A stretch of 32,000 nucleotides of DNA from the NCBI GenBank assembly GCA_965234565.1, contig OZ248513.1, positions 499,667 through 531,666 of the forward strand. Direction: 5' to 3'. The notes below the pieces were generated by a model. That model ran no database searches. It had not been told where the DNA came from and saw only the letters and a program-made list of their open reading frames with translations. This DNA comes from Sphingomonadaceae bacterium (GTDB lineage: Bacteria; Pseudomonadota; Alphaproteobacteria; Sphingomonadales; Sphingomonadaceae). Positions 9,438 through 19,859 of the stretch are shown here, piece by piece; position 1 is the stretch's first letter; every line of letters begins with the position of its first letter. The translations under genes were made by a program, and so were the position numbers.

Positions 9438-12197
9438 ATGACCGAAAAGCAAGACTATAAAGACACCGTCTTCTTACCCAAGACCGATTTCCCGATGAAG
9501 GCTGGCTTGCCGCAGAAGGAGCCGGGCATTCTTGCCAAATGGGAAGCCGACGACCTCTACCATAAGCTGCGCGAAGCGCGCGCCGGGCGGGAGAAGTTCA
9601 TTCTCCATGATGGCCCGCCATATGCCAATGGCGACATGCATATCGGCCATGCGCTGAACCATATCCTCAAAGACATGGTCTGCCGCACGCAGACGCTGCT
9701 CGGCAAAGACGCACCTTATGTGCCCGGCTGGGATTGCCATGGCCTGCCGATCGAGTGGAAAGTCGAGGAGCAATATCGCAAGAAAAAGCTGAACAAGGAT
9801 GAGGTTCCGGTCAAGGAATTCCGCGCCGAATGCCGCGCCTATGCCCAGCATTGGGTGAATGTACAGCGCGAGCAGGTGAAGCGGCTGGGCATTCTGGGCA
9901 ATTGGGACAAGCCCTATCTGACGATGGATTTCGACAGCGAGGCGACGATCGTTTCCGAACTGCTGAAATTCGCCGAAAGCGGTCAGCTCTATCGTGGAGC
10001 GAAGCCGGTGATGTGGTCACCGGTCGAAAAGACCGCGCTGGCCGAGGCCGAGGTCGAATATGAGGATATCACCTCTACGCAGATCGATGTGGCGTTTGAA
10101 ATCACCGAAAGCCCCATCCCCGAACTGGTCGGCGCGCATGCGGTGATCTGGACCACAACGCCCTGGACGATCCCGGTCAATCAGGCGATCGCTTATGGGC
10201 CGGATGTTGAGTATTCGCTTTTCAAGGATCGCGACACAGGTGCGCGTTACCTGATTGCTGAGGAGCTGATCGACGAGTTTTTCATGCGATACAGCGACGC
10301 ATCGGACAGCGCGGAGCTGAATGCGGCTGGCTGGCGAGGAAATGGCTCCGACCTAGCCGGAACCATTGCCCGCCACCCGATGCACCATCTGGGCGGCTTC
10401 TATGCCAAGCCCCGCCCCTTCCTGCCCGGCGATTTTGTCACGACAGACAGCGGCACGGGCCTTGTCCATATGGCGCCGGACCATGGCGAGGATGATTTTG
10501 ATCTGTGCAAAGCCAACGGCATCGAACCGCAATTCGCGGTCGAAGGCGATGGCAAATATCGCGCCGACTGGGGCTGGCTTGGCGGGCAAGGATCGGTCAT
10601 CAACCCCAAATTCAACGCGCCCGACGGCCCCATCTGTGAGGCGTTGCGCGAGGCGGGCGGGCTGCTAGCGGCCAGCGCCGATTACAAGCACAGCTATCCG
10701 CACAGCTGGCGCTCCAAAGCCAAGGTCATCTATCGCTGCACCCCGCAATGGTTTGTGCCGATGGACAAGGGCGACGACAGCCTGCGTCAAAAGGCCATGG
10801 CCGCGATCGCGGACACGCGCTGGGTCCCCGAAAAAGGCCGCAACCGCATTGGTTCAATGGTCGAAGGCCGCCCCGACTGGGTGCTTTCGCGCCAGCGCGC
10901 ATGGGGCGTGCCGATCACTTTATTTGTCGATCGCAAGACCGGCCAGTATCTCAACGACGCAGAGGTCAATGCCCGCATCGTTGCTGCGGTGCGCGAAGAG
11001 GGCGTCGATGCCTGGGAAGCCGCCCGCGCGCACGAATATCTGGGCGACGCTTACAAGGCCGAAGATTATGAGCAGGTGTTCGACATACTCGACGTCTGGT
11101 TCGATTCGGGCTGTACCCATGTCTTCACGCTGGAAAGCGGACGCTGGCCTGAACTGAGCTGGCCCGCCGACCTCTATCTTGAAGGCAGTGACCAGCATCG
11201 CGGCTGGTTCCAAAGCTCACTGCTACAAAGCTGCGGCACACGCCGCCGTGCGCCTTACAATGCCGTCCTCACCCATGGCTTCACCATGGACCAGAAGGGC
11301 CTGAAAATGTCCAAGTCGGTCGGCAACACCGTCGACCCGCTGAAGGTGATGGAAACCAACGGCGCGGACATCATTCGGCTGTGGGCGCTTTCGGTCGACT
11401 TCACCGAAGACCACCGCATCGGCGATGAAATCCTCAAAGGCGTGGCCGACCAGTATCGCAAGCTGCGCAACACCTTCCGCTACCTCCTCGGCGCGCTTGA
11501 CGGGTTCCGCGAGGAGGAACGGGTTACCAATTTGGCGGATATGCCCGAGTTGGAGCGTTATGTGCTCCATCTGCTCGCCGACATGGATGCGAAGCTGAAA
11601 ACAGCGGTCGATGATTTCGATTTCAACAGCTATGTCCGCCTGCTCTCGGATTTCGCGAATAACGACCTGTCGGCCTTCTTCTTCGATATCCGCAAGGATT
11701 GCCTCTATTGCGACGCACCCGACAGCCTGAAACGCCGCAGCTATCGCACCGTGCTGGACACGCTGTTCCATGCGATGGTGCGCTTTGCCGCACCAGTGCT
11801 GGTGTTCACGGCCGAGGAAGTGTGGGGGACACGTTACCCTGAGGCCGGCAGTGTGCATTTGCTGGAATGGCCGGAGGTTGATACCGCCACCGATGCTGAG
11901 TTGGCCGATCGCTGGTTACAAATTCGCGCTTCGCGTACCTTGGCGACCGAGATCATTGAGCCGATGCGACGCGAAAAGATCGTCGGCTCCAGCCTTGAAG
12001 TTGAATACACCTATGCTGGCGACTTCGGCGACATTGATCTTGCAGAAGTGTTCATTGTCTCGGCAGTACATGGCGGTTCGGAGGACAAAGCTGCGAAGAC
12101 AACCAACCACAAATGCGGCCGATGCTGGCGGCATTTGCCTGACGTGAGCGAAGATGGCACATTGTGCGGGCGTTGCGACGAGGTATTAAATGGCTAA
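9438..12197 (+). CDS. ileS: Isoleucine-tRNA ligase
   Basis: 919 aa. HIGH motif (MHIGHALN), KMSKS motif, CP1 editing region, and C-terminal CGRCW...CGRC zinc knuckle. Confidence 0.95.
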   Translation: MTEKQDYKDTVFLPKTDFPMKAGLPQKEPGILAKWEADDLYHKLREARAGREKFILHDGPPYANGDMHIGHALNHILKDMVCRTQTLLGKDAPYVPGWDCHGLPIEWKVEEQYRKKKLNKDEVPVKEFRAECRAYAQHWVNVQREQVKRLGILGNWDKPYLTMDFDSEATIVSELLKFAESGQLYRGAKPVMWSPVEKTALAEAEVEYEDITSTQIDVAFEITESPIPELVGAHAVIWTTTPWTIPVNQAIAYGPDVEYSLFKDRDTGARYLIAEELIDEFFMRYSDASDSAELNAAGWRGNGSDLAGTIARHPMHHLGGFYAKPRPFLPGDFVTTDSGTGLVHMAPDHGEDDFDLCKANGIEPQFAVEGDGKYRADWGWLGGQGSVINPKFNAPDGPICEALREAGGLLAASADYKHSYPHSWRSKAKVIYRCTPQWFVPMDKGDDSLRQKAMAAIADTRWVPEKGRNRIGSMVEGRPDWVLSRQRAWGVPITLFVDRKTGQYLNDAEVNARIVAAVREEGVDAWEAARAHEYLGDAYKAEDYEQVFDILDVWFDSGCTHVFTLESGRWPELSWPADLYLEGSDQHRGWFQSSLLQSCGTRRRAPYNAVLTHGFTMDQKGLKMSKSVGNTVDPLKVMETNGADIIRLWALSVDFTEDHRIGDEILKGVADQYRKLRNTFRYLLGALDGFREEERVTNLADMPELERYVLHLLADMDAKLKTAVDDFDFNSYVRLLSDFANNDLSAFFFDIRKDCLYCDAPDSLKRRSYRTVLDTLFHAMVRFAAPVLVFTAEEVWGTRYPEAGSVHLLEWPEVDTATDAELADRWLQIRASRTLATEIIEPMRREKIVGSSLEVEYTYAGDFGDIDLAEVFIVSAVHGGSEDKAAKTTNHKCGRCWRHLPDVSEDGTLCGRCDEVLNG

Positions 12198-12720
12198 CCC
12201 CAAATATCGCATCCAGGGCCTGATGCTCGCCAGCCTGCTGTTCATCACCGATCAGGTGGTGAAATATGTCATGCTCGGCCCGCTCGCGCTGCAAAGCCGG
12301 CGGCAAATCCACATCGTCTCCTTCTTCGACCTGACCTATGCCGAAAATCGCGGCGTATCGATGGGCTTTCTCGAAGCGGGGAGCGAGCTGGAACGTTGGT
12401 TGCTGGTCGGACTGACCGCGCTGATCGCCGGCGTGGTTGCAATGTGGATGTGGCGCGAAAAACTGCGCGGCGATGTGCTGGCGCTTTCAATGGTGCTGGG
12501 CGGGGCGCTCGGCAATATCGTCGACCGGGTGCGCTATGGTTATGTGGTCGATTATGCCGACCTGCATTTCGGCAGCTTTCGGCCCTTCTGGATTTTCAAC
12601 CTTGCCGATGCCTGCATCACCATCGGCGTGCTGATATTGCTTGCCCGCGCCTTCCTTATCCGCGAAAGCAAGGACGTTCAGCCTGCGTCAAGCGACGCGG
12701 ACATAGCGGAGAGACCATGA
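12190..12720 (+). CDS. lspA: Lipoprotein signal peptidase (signal peptidase II)
   Basis: Motifs NRGVSMGF, GGALGNIVDR and FNLAD, with four TM segments. The start overlaps the ileS end by 8 nt. Confidence 0.9.
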   Translation: MANPKYRIQGLMLASLLFITDQVVKYVMLGPLALQSRRQIHIVSFFDLTYAENRGVSMGFLEAGSELERWLLVGLTALIAGVVAMWMWREKLRGDVLALSMVLGGALGNIVDRVRYGYVVDYADLHFGSFRPFWIFNLADACITIGVLILLARAFLIRESKDVQPASSDADIAERP

Positions 12721-12962
12721 CGCGCAAATTGATCATCGCTTCATCAAGCCTGTTGGCGCTGACCGCGCTTTCGGGTTGCGGTTCCAGTGGCGTTTTTGAT
12801 CGCGACCGGCCCGATGAATTCGCCGTCGGCCGTGCAGCGCCGCTTGCCATCCCGCAGGATCTTTCCACCCTGCCCGCGCCGCAGCCAGGTGCTGCGCGCC
12901 CGCAGGATGGCGACAGCAAGGCTGCCGTACTCGAAGCCATGTTCGGCGCCCCGAAGCAATAA
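12717..12962 (+). CDS. Small lipoprotein (DUF3035-like)
   Basis: ATG at 12717 overlaps the lspA TGA. Signal peptide plus lipobox LSGCGS, Pro-rich middle, C-terminal LEAMFG motif. This is only the last 81 codons of track ORF 12396..12962. Confidence 0.7.
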   Translation: MTRKLIIASSSLLALTALSGCGSSGVFDRDRPDEFAVGRAAPLAIPQDLSTLPAPQPGAARPQDGDSKAAVLEAMFGAPKQ

Positions 12963-12975
12963 GGACCCTTAGCCC

Positions 12976-13416
12976 ATGTCGCGGAAATATTTGCTCGCCG
13001 GTGCAGCCATCATGCTCACAGGGCTCAGTGGTTGCCAGTCGATCGGCAACGCCTATCAGTCGCTTTACAACCTCGATGTTCGCGGGGACAGCGCCCCAAC
13101 GCAGCCAACCACCAGCCGCGTTGCACCGCTTGTCGTCCCGCCAGATTTTTCCTTGAAGCCAGGTCAGATTACCCTGACGCGCAGCCAGGATGGCACCACA
13201 CCTGATCAGGTGTTGGAAGCAATGTTTGGTGGGCCGGCGCAACGGTCTGCCGGTGAACGCGCCGTGGTTGCGGCGGCTGGCGCCGCTGAAATGGGCATCC
13301 GTTCGACCGTAGGTGACCCCGAAACGACAACAGTCAACAAGGGCGCCGTTACACGCGATATCATCGCCGCACCCGAAGGCGATGGTCAGGCCGCACAGGC
13401 AGCCATTCCGCAGTAA
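12976..13416 (+). CDS. Lipoprotein, paralogue of the preceding gene
   Basis: Signal peptide plus lipobox LSGCQS. It shares the VPPDFSL / IPQDLS and LEAMFGGP motifs with 12717..12962. Confidence 0.7.
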   Translation: MSRKYLLAGAAIMLTGLSGCQSIGNAYQSLYNLDVRGDSAPTQPTTSRVAPLVVPPDFSLKPGQITLTRSQDGTTPDQVLEAMFGGPAQRSAGERAVVAAAGAAEMGIRSTVGDPETTTVNKGAVTRDIIAAPEGDGQAAQAAIPQ

Positions 13417-13434
13417 AATTGAGCGGTCCGGGCT

Positions 13435-15369
13435 TTACGCCCGAACCCCGGCTTCCTCCACGCCCGCGCTGTTGTGGCGCAGTGCCTTCAGAACGGTTTC
13501 GACGATATGCGGCGCGTTGAGGCCGGCTTCGTCATACTGTTTTTGCGGGCTTTCCTGTTCCTGGAAGATGTCAGGCAGGCGCATCGTGCGGATCTTCAGG
13601 CCGGCGTCGGTCAGGCCAAGATCACTGGCCAGCGTCAGCACATGCGCGCCGAGCCCGCCAATTGCGGCTTCCTCCACCGTCACGACCACTTCATGGGTCG
13701 CCATCAGGCGACGGATCAGTTCTTCATCCAATGGCTTTGCAAAGCGCATATCGGCGACTGTCGTCGACAGGCCCTTGGCATCGAGTGTGTCGGCCGCCTT
13801 CAATGCCTCTGCCAAGCGAGTGCCGAGTGAGAGGATCGCGACGGTCTTGCCTTCGCGGACCACCCGGCCCTTGCCGATTTCCAGCTGTTGCGGAACTTCG
13901 GGCAGCGGCACGCCGACGCCATTTCCGCGCGGATAGCGGAAGGCGATGGGGCCGCTGTCATGCAGGGCTGCAGTATAGGTCATATGCACCAGTTCCGCCT
14001 CGTCGGCGGCGGCCATCACCACCATATTGGGCAGTGTCGCCAGATAGGTAACGTCGAACGATCCGGCATGGGTACTGCCATCGGCCCCGACCAGCCCGGC
14101 CCGGTCAATTGCGAAACGCACCGGCAGATTCTGGATGCAGACATCATGCACCACCTGATCATAGGCGCGCTGCAGAAAGGTCGAATAAATTGCGGCAAAG
14201 GGACGCATGCCCTGTGCGGCAAGGCCAGCGGCAAAGGTTACGCCATGCTGTTCGGCAATGCCTACGTCAAAGGCGCGGTCGGGGTGTGCCTGCGCAAATT
14301 TGTCAACGCCGGTGCCGCTGGGCATGGCGGCGGTGATCGCGACAATCCGGTCGTCGGTCTCGGCCAGTTTTGCCAGTGTTTCGCCAAAGACATTCTGATA
14401 GGCTGGCGGACCGCCGCCCGGGCCCTTGTCCTGCTTGCCGGTGACCACGTCGAATTTGACGACGCCATGATATTTGTCGGCCGCCGCCTCTGCAGGCGCA
14501 TAGCCATGGCCCTTTTTGGTGACGACATGAATCAGGCACGGGCCTTCTGCCGCATCACGGACATTTTCGAGGACGGGGATCAGATGTTCGAGATTATGCC
14601 CGTCAATCGGGCCGACATAATAGAAACCCAATTCCTCGAACAAGGTGCCGCCCATCGCCATGCCGCGGGCAAATTCGTCTGTCTTGCGCGCGGCGATATG
14701 CAGCGGCTCGGGCAATTTGCGCGAAATCCGCTTTGCCACTTCGCGCAAGGAAAGGAAGGGCCGCGACGACACAAGCCGCGCCAGATAGGCCGAAAGCCCG
14801 CCCACCGGCGGCGCAATCGACATGTCATTATCATTGAGGATGACGACCAGCCGGTTCCCCGCTGCCTGCGCGTTGTTCATCGCTTCATAAGCCATGCCTG
14901 CCGACATCGACCCATCGCCGATCACGGCAATCGCCTTGCCCGGTTTGTTGTTCAGCTTGTTGGCGATGGCAAAGCCAAGCGCCGCCGAAATGGAAGTCGA
15001 GCTGTGCGCCGCGCCGAAGGGGTCATATTCGCTCTCAGTCCGCTTGGTGAAACCCGAAAGCCCGCCACCGGTGCGCAAGGTGCGAATCCTGTCGCGTCGG
15101 CCGGTAATGATCTTATGCGGATAACATTGGTGGCCGACATCCCAGACCAGCCGGTCTTCGGGGGTGTTGAAGACATAATGGATCGCGGTGGTCAGTTCGA
15201 CCACACCCAGCCCGGCACCCAGATGCCCGCCGGTTACGGAGACCGCAGAAATGGTTTCGGTGCGCAATTCGTCGGCAAATTGGCGCAGTTGCGAAGGCTG
15301 CAGCGTTCTAAGGTCTGCCGGGATCTTCACCTTGTCGAGCAAGGGTGTGACGGGTTTGTCAGTCATCAA
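13435..15369 (-). CDS. dxs: 1-deoxy-D-xylulose-5-phosphate synthase
   Basis: 644 aa. Motifs GGHLGAGLG and the TPP-binding [15 protein letters not shown], with a transketolase-like C-terminal half. Confidence 0.95.
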   Translation of the reverse strand: MMTDKPVTPLLDKVKIPADLRTLQPSQLRQFADELRTETISAVSVTGGHLGAGLGVVELTTAIHYVFNTPEDRLVWDVGHQCYPHKIITGRRDRIRTLRTGGGLSGFTKRTESEYDPFGAAHSSTSISAALGFAIANKLNNKPGKAIAVIGDGSMSAGMAYEAMNNAQAAGNRLVVILNDNDMSIAPPVGGLSAYLARLVSSRPFLSLREVAKRISRKLPEPLHIAARKTDEFARGMAMGGTLFEELGFYYVGPIDGHNLEHLIPVLENVRDAAEGPCLIHVVTKKGHGYAPAEAAADKYHGVVKFDVVTGKQDKGPGGGPPAYQNVFGETLAKLAETDDRIVAITAAMPSGTGVDKFAQAHPDRAFDVGIAEQHGVTFAAGLAAQGMRPFAAIYSTFLQRAYDQVVHDVCIQNLPVRFAIDRAGLVGADGSTHAGSFDVTYLATLPNMVVMAAADEAELVHMTYTAALHDSGPIAFRYPRGNGVGVPLPEVPQQLEIGKGRVVREGKTVAILSLGTRLAEALKAADTLDAKGLSTTVADMRFAKPLDEELIRRLMATHEVVVTVEEAAIGGLGAHVLTLASDLGLTDAGLKIRTMRLPDIFQEQESPQKQYDEAGLNAPHIVETVLKALRHNSAGVEEAGVRA

Positions 15370-15429
15370 ATTAGCTTTAACGATGTTTCAGGGAAGTGTC
15401 GAACGGGATATTTTCCCGTGGGCTTGGAC

Positions 15430-15891
15430 CTAATCGCAATCACCGCAGGTACCGCGCACCTCTACAACGGGACGGACGACATGAAAACCTGCGGCCTCAG
15501 CCGCCTTGCGGACATTGCTGGTCAGGCTGTCATCATCGATATGGGTGGCAGCGCCGCATCGGTCGCAGATCAGGAAAATACAGTCGTGCAGGCAGCCAGG
15601 ATGCGAATTGGCAAGATAGGCGTTCGCGCTTTCGACACGGCTGGCAAGGTTGTTCGCTACAAACAGATCGAGGATCCGGTAAACACTGTTCGGCGCGACC
15701 CTCTTTCCGCGTTTCTGCGAAACAAGGTCTGCAATATCATAGGCCGACGCAGGCTTTTCAAAGGTGGCAAGCACTGCAAAAATATCGGCACGCATGTCGG
15801 TCCATTGTTCGCCAGCGGCGGTCAAGGCAAGTTCGGCCGCCTGTGCAAGATCCGACCCATGATGTTCGTGATGATGATGTAGCCGCGCCAT
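15430..15891 (-). CDS. Fur-family metalloregulator (Zur-like) with a His-rich N-terminal tail
   Basis: Winged-helix region (SVYRILDLF) and two CxxC pairs (CDRCG, CGDC). N-terminus is MARLHHHHEHHG. Confidence 0.8.
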   Translation of the reverse strand: MARLHHHHEHHGSDLAQAAELALTAAGEQWTDMRADIFAVLATFEKPASAYDIADLVSQKRGKRVAPNSVYRILDLFVANNLASRVESANAYLANSHPGCLHDCIFLICDRCGAATHIDDDSLTSNVRKAAEAAGFHVVRPVVEVRGTCGDCD

Positions 15892-15936
15892 AGCTGGAAT
15901 TTAGGCGCTCCGCGTCAGAAGGGCAAGCGCCGCCTG

Positions 15937-16317
15937 TTAGTTCCGGCGCGCGGCGCGCAAGTTCATGAAATGGCCGAGCGCGAGAATGGCAACCCCAAGC
16001 ATGGTGAAGGCAATTTCGCCGCCGCCATGGGGAAGTGTGAGCGCCCATATCATAACCCCGATGCCGATCGCGCCGATCGCTGCGGGCAACACAAACCGGT
16101 GCGCAAGCATACCGCGCACCAAAGCGATCGCGCCGAACAATATCGCAAAAACCAACCCGACTTCATGGATGAGGGGTGAGAAGAGTGCACCGCCAACCGA
16201 GGCAAAAATCGCGAGCAGTACGGAAGTTGCAAGACAGTGCATCAGGCATAGCCCGGCAATACCGAGCCCCAGCCCATCCCATCGCGATTGACGCCAGATT
16301 GCCTGCATTGTTGTCAT
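15937..16317 (-). CDS. MerC-like small integral membrane protein (possible metal transporter)
   Basis: 126 aa with four predicted TM helices and a CLMHC motif in TM1. It lies immediately upstream of the Fur-family gene on the same strand. Confidence 0.55.
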   Translation of the reverse strand: MTTMQAIWRQSRWDGLGLGIAGLCLMHCLATSVLLAIFASVGGALFSPLIHEVGLVFAILFGAIALVRGMLAHRFVLPAAIGAIGIGVMIWALTLPHGGGEIAFTMLGVAILALGHFMNLRAARRN

Positions 16318-16377
16318 CGATACTGCCTTACACGAATCCCTATGCCATGCCTGATCCGACGTTACAACATTACATTT

Positions 16378-16388
16378 GATATAATATC
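16378..16388. promoter_or_regulatory. AT-rich palindrome GATATAATATC, either a candidate metalloregulator operator or a -10 element
   Basis: 5-1-5 perfect palindrome in the divergent intergenic region between the MerC-like gene and the CHAP gene. It contains TATAAT. The adjacent GTTACAACATTAC (16361-16373) is AT-rich and Fur/Zur-box-like. Confidence 0.25.
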
Positions 16389-16477
16389 TCTTCGTCGTGA
16401 TTAAATTTTCTGCCTCTCCTGCCGTTAACCATTTCGTTTAGCCGCATTTTTGCCATCTCCGCATTAGGTGGTGGGCA

Positions 16478-17170
16478 ATGCGCACCGCCCTTCTCTCCCT
16501 TTTGCTTTTCGCAACCCCGGCCCATGCGTTGAATGAGGGGCTGCAATGCGTGCCCTTTGCCCGCGCGCTTACCGGGGTAGAAATCCGGGGTGATGCCCAT
16601 AGCTGGTGGGATCAGGCGGAAGGTCGGTATGAACGGGGAAGCCGGCCGAAGGTGGGCGCGGTGATGACGTTCGTTCCGCATGGCAATATGCGGTTGGGCC
16701 ATGTTGCGGCGGTGCGGCGGATCATCGACAAACGCACGCTTCTGATCAGCCACGCCAATTGGTCAACGATTGACGGCGTTCGCGGTCATATCGAAGAGGA
16801 TGTTCGCGTCATCGATGTATCCGAGGAAAATGACTGGAGCCGGGTGCGCGTCTGGTACACACCCAATGGCGCATTGGGGACGACCGAATGGCCGCTCCAT
16901 GGATTCATCTATCCTGATCGGCTGCGCAAAGAAGCTGAGGCACGTAAGGCGCTTGCTGCGGTGCTTGCGATCACACCGCGCCCGGCCTCGCCCACCCTCG
17001 CGGCAACCATGACGCCGCGCGGATCGACCAACCTTGCGCCAAACCAAAAAGCTGCCGCGCGAAACGCAATTGCGCCGCCAATCCGTGCAGCAGGATTTGC
17101 GCTGTCCTCGGGGCTGCTGGCAGAGATCGACCGCAAGGCCAAAAAGGAAAAGCCCCGCGTCGCCTCGTGA
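16478..17170 (+). CDS. Secreted CHAP-domain protein (amidase/peptidase fold) with a low-complexity C-terminus
   Basis: Signal peptide ending AHA. Has a Cys (LQCVPFAR) and a His (LGHVAAV) spaced as in CHAP domains. Confidence 0.65.
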   Translation: MRTALLSLLLFATPAHALNEGLQCVPFARALTGVEIRGDAHSWWDQAEGRYERGSRPKVGAVMTFVPHGNMRLGHVAAVRRIIDKRTLLISHANWSTIDGVRGHIEEDVRVIDVSEENDWSRVRVWYTPNGALGTTEWPLHGFIYPDRLRKEAEARKALAAVLAITPRPASPTLAATMTPRGSTNLAPNQKAAARNAIAPPIRAAGFALSSGLLAEIDRKAKKEKPRVAS

Positions 17171-17244
17171 CGCGTTTTGACGCGAGTCAATGACAGCATG
17201 GAGGGCCGCGTTCAGCATAGGGCCTTCAGCGAAAGGAGGCTGTC

Positions 17245-17625
17245 ATGCTCGAAGTCGAAACCGATGTGCCTGCGGGCTATCTTGAACTCACCGTCGACGG
17301 TGCAGTCGACAAGGAAGATTACCAGGCAGCGGTCGATGCCGTTGACCTGCTGCTGCAATCGCACGCGCAATTGAACGTCGTCGAAGTGGTGCGCAATATT
17401 GGCTGGATCGAACCCGAAGTCTGGTGGAAGGATTTGCTCTTCCACCTCGCGCACCGCAATTTCATTCACCGCGCTGCCGTCGTCAGTAATTCGGGCTGGG
17501 TCGGCCCCGTCACCCGCATTTTTGCGCCCTTTTACCCGGCGGCCATCCGCACCTTCGGGCTGGACCAGCTCGAACATGCGCGGCAATGGGCAAAGGTCGG
17601 CGATGTGAACAAGGCGGTGGATTAG
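17245..17625 (+). CDS. STAS/SpoIIAA-like (SEC14-type) domain protein
   Basis: 126 aa. The pattern LELTVDG...DY...V...HRAAVVS matches the small STAS-like family (DUF3478-type). The end overlaps the uvrB end. Confidence 0.55.
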   Translation: MLEVETDVPAGYLELTVDGAVDKEDYQAAVDAVDLLLQSHAQLNVVEVVRNIGWIEPEVWWKDLLFHLAHRNFIHRAAVVSNSGWVGPVTRIFAPFYPAAIRTFGLDQLEHARQWAKVGDVNKAVD

Positions 17626-19808
17626 CGCCCGAATTTCCGCTGCGTCTTGCCAAAGCGCATCTTTCGCGTCCCCGGCCGCCCTTCGGTGGCGCGGCCCTTG
17701 GGGGCGGCGACACGTTTTTCATGGGGCAAGCCCAGTTCCTCGGCCTCGAGCGCGCGAATTTCATCGCGCAGGCGGCCAGCTTCCTCAAATTCGAGATCGG
17801 CGGCGGCGGCACGCATCTTCTTTTCCAATTCTTCGATATAGGCGCGGAGGTTATGACCGACGAGGTTGTTGGCGCCTTCGGCATCGATTTCGACCAAGAC
17901 CCCATCCCGGCTGGCAGTGTCAGCGACGATATCGTGGATGTTACGCTTGATCGTGGTCGGTGTGATGCCGTGCAGTTCGTTGTAAGCGCGCTGCTTTTCA
18001 CGGCGACGGTCGGTCTCGAGCATCGCGCGTTCCATGCTGCCGGTGATGCGGTCGGCATAAAGGATAACGCGCCCTTCGACATTGCGTGCGGCGCGGCCGA
18101 TCGTCTGAATCAATGAAGTTTCGCTACGCAAAAAACCTTCCTTGTCGGCATCGAGGATGCACACCAGCCCGCATTCGGGAATGTCGAGGCCTTCGCGCAG
18201 CAGGTTGATGCCGACGAGCACGTCATAGACGCCCAGCCGCAAATCACGGATCAGTTCAATACGTTCCAGCGTTTCGACATCGCTGTGCATATAACGGACG
18301 CGCAACCCCGCCTCATGCATAAACTCGGTCAGATCCTCCGCCATCCGCTTGGTCAGCGTCGTCACCAAAGTGCGATAGCCGGCCTCGGCCACCTTACGGC
18401 ATTCGTTGATGCAATCCTGAACCTGATCCTCAACCGGCTTGATCTCAACCGGCGGATCGATCAAGCCGGTCGGGCGGATCACCTGTTCGGCAAAAACGCC
18501 ACCGGTCTGCTCCATCTCCCAATTGCCCGGGGTGGCTGACACGCTGACCGTTTGCGGGCGCATCGCATCCCATTCGTTGAAGCGTAGCGGCCGATTGTCG
18601 ATACAGCTGGGCAAACGGAAACCATATTCGGCAAGGGTCAGCTTGCGTCGATGGTCACCCCGCGCCATCGCGCCAATCTGCGGCACCGTCTGGTGGCTTT
18701 CATCAACGAACAGCAATGCATTGTCAGGCAGATATTCGAACAAGGTCGGCGGCGGTTCACCCGGCAAGCGGCCGGTGAGGAAGCGCGAATAATTTTCGAT
18801 GCCCGCGCAGCTTCCCGTCGCGGCAATCATCTCCAGATCGAAATTGGTACGCTGTTCCAGCCGCTGCGCCTCAAGCAGCCGGCCTTCGGCGACCAGCTCC
18901 TTCAGCCTTTCCTCCAGCTCGAACTTGATCGCGGCAGCCGCCTGCTTCATCGTCGGCCCCGGGGCAACATAGTGCGAATTGGCATAGACACGCACGGCGT
19001 TCAGCTTCGCGCCTGCCTTGCCGGTCAGCGGATCAAATTCGACGATTTCTTCGACCTCATCACCGAACATGCTGATCCGCCAGGCCATGTCTTCAAAATG
19101 GGAGGGGAAGAGTTCGAGATTATCGCCGCGCACGCGGAAATTGCCACGCACAAAAGACGCATCGTTGCGCTTGTACTGAAGCGCGACCAGCTTGCAGATC
19201 AACTCGCGCTGGTCGACGCTTTCCCCGACCTTTAGGTCGAAAATCATCGCCGAATAGGTTTCGACCGATCCGATACCATAAAGGCAAGAAACCGAGGCAA
19301 CGATCAGCACATCATCCCGTTCGAGGAGCGATCGGGTGGCCGAATGGCGCATCCGGTCAATCGCCTCGTTCACGCTCGATTCCTTTTCGATATAGGTATC
19401 GCTGCGCGGCACATAGGCCTCTGGCTGGTAATAATCGTAATAACTGACAAAATATTCGACGGCGTTTTCAGGGAAAAAGCTTTTGAATTCGCCATAAAGC
19501 TGCGCGGCGAGGATCTTGTTGGGCGCCAGCACCAGCGCCGGTCGCTGCAACGCCTCCACCACCTTTGCCATGGTGAAGGTCTTGCCCGAACCGGTGACAC
19601 CGAGCAGCACCTGATCTTTTTCCCCCGCCAGCGCGGTCTCCACCAATTCCTTGATCGCCGCCGGCTGATCGCCTGCCGGCTGGTATTCCGAGACAAGCTT
19701 GAACGGACGCCCGCCCTCCACCTTTGCCGGACGCGCCGGACGGTGCGGCACAAAATTGCCGTCTGTTTCGGGCTCTTCTAGGCCCCGGCGGATGATCAGT
19801 TCGGCCAT
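17622..19808 (-). CDS. uvrB: Excinuclease ABC subunit B
   Basis: 728 aa. Walker [15 protein letters not shown] box, helicase C motifs, and the C-terminal UVR domain ([13 protein letters not shown]). Confidence 0.95.
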   Translation of the reverse strand: MAELIIRRGLEEPETDGNFVPHRPARPAKVEGGRPFKLVSEYQPAGDQPAAIKELVETALAGEKDQVLLGVTGSGKTFTMAKVVEALQRPALVLAPNKILAAQLYGEFKSFFPENAVEYFVSYYDYYQPEAYVPRSDTYIEKESSVNEAIDRMRHSATRSLLERDDVLIVASVSCLYGIGSVETYSAMIFDLKVGESVDQRELICKLVALQYKRNDASFVRGNFRVRGDNLELFPSHFEDMAWRISMFGDEVEEIVEFDPLTGKAGAKLNAVRVYANSHYVAPGPTMKQAAAAIKFELEERLKELVAEGRLLEAQRLEQRTNFDLEMIAATGSCAGIENYSRFLTGRLPGEPPPTLFEYLPDNALLFVDESHQTVPQIGAMARGDHRRKLTLAEYGFRLPSCIDNRPLRFNEWDAMRPQTVSVSATPGNWEMEQTGGVFAEQVIRPTGLIDPPVEIKPVEDQVQDCINECRKVAEAGYRTLVTTLTKRMAEDLTEFMHEAGLRVRYMHSDVETLERIELIRDLRLGVYDVLVGINLLREGLDIPECGLVCILDADKEGFLRSETSLIQTIGRAARNVEGRVILYADRITGSMERAMLETDRRREKQRAYNELHGITPTTIKRNIHDIVADTASRDGVLVEIDAEGANNLVGHNLRAYIEELEKKMRAAAADLEFEEAGRLRDEIRALEAEELGLPHEKRVAAPKGRATEGRPGTRKMRFGKTQRKFGR

Positions 19809-19859
19809 AACTTCTCTGTGCGCGGGTTTGGGAGTGGGGGCAAGGGGGATGCGCCCACC

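Noticed and set aside
12396-12716. Upstream part of the 188-aa ORF 12396..12962, which overlaps lspA in another frame
   Set aside because: Only the last 81 codons, from the ATG at 12717, form a coherent signal-peptide lipoprotein. The upstream part is an Arg/Gly/Cys-rich out-of-frame read of lspA.
13888-15882. 664-aa ORF on the plus strand spanning the dxs and Fur-family loci
   Set aside because: It lies antisense to dxs, whose TPP and transketolase motifs are unambiguous. Its translation is Arg/Gly/Ala/His-rich low-complexity sequence, typical of stop-codon-poor shadow frames in high-GC DNA. It has no SD and no recognisable motifs.
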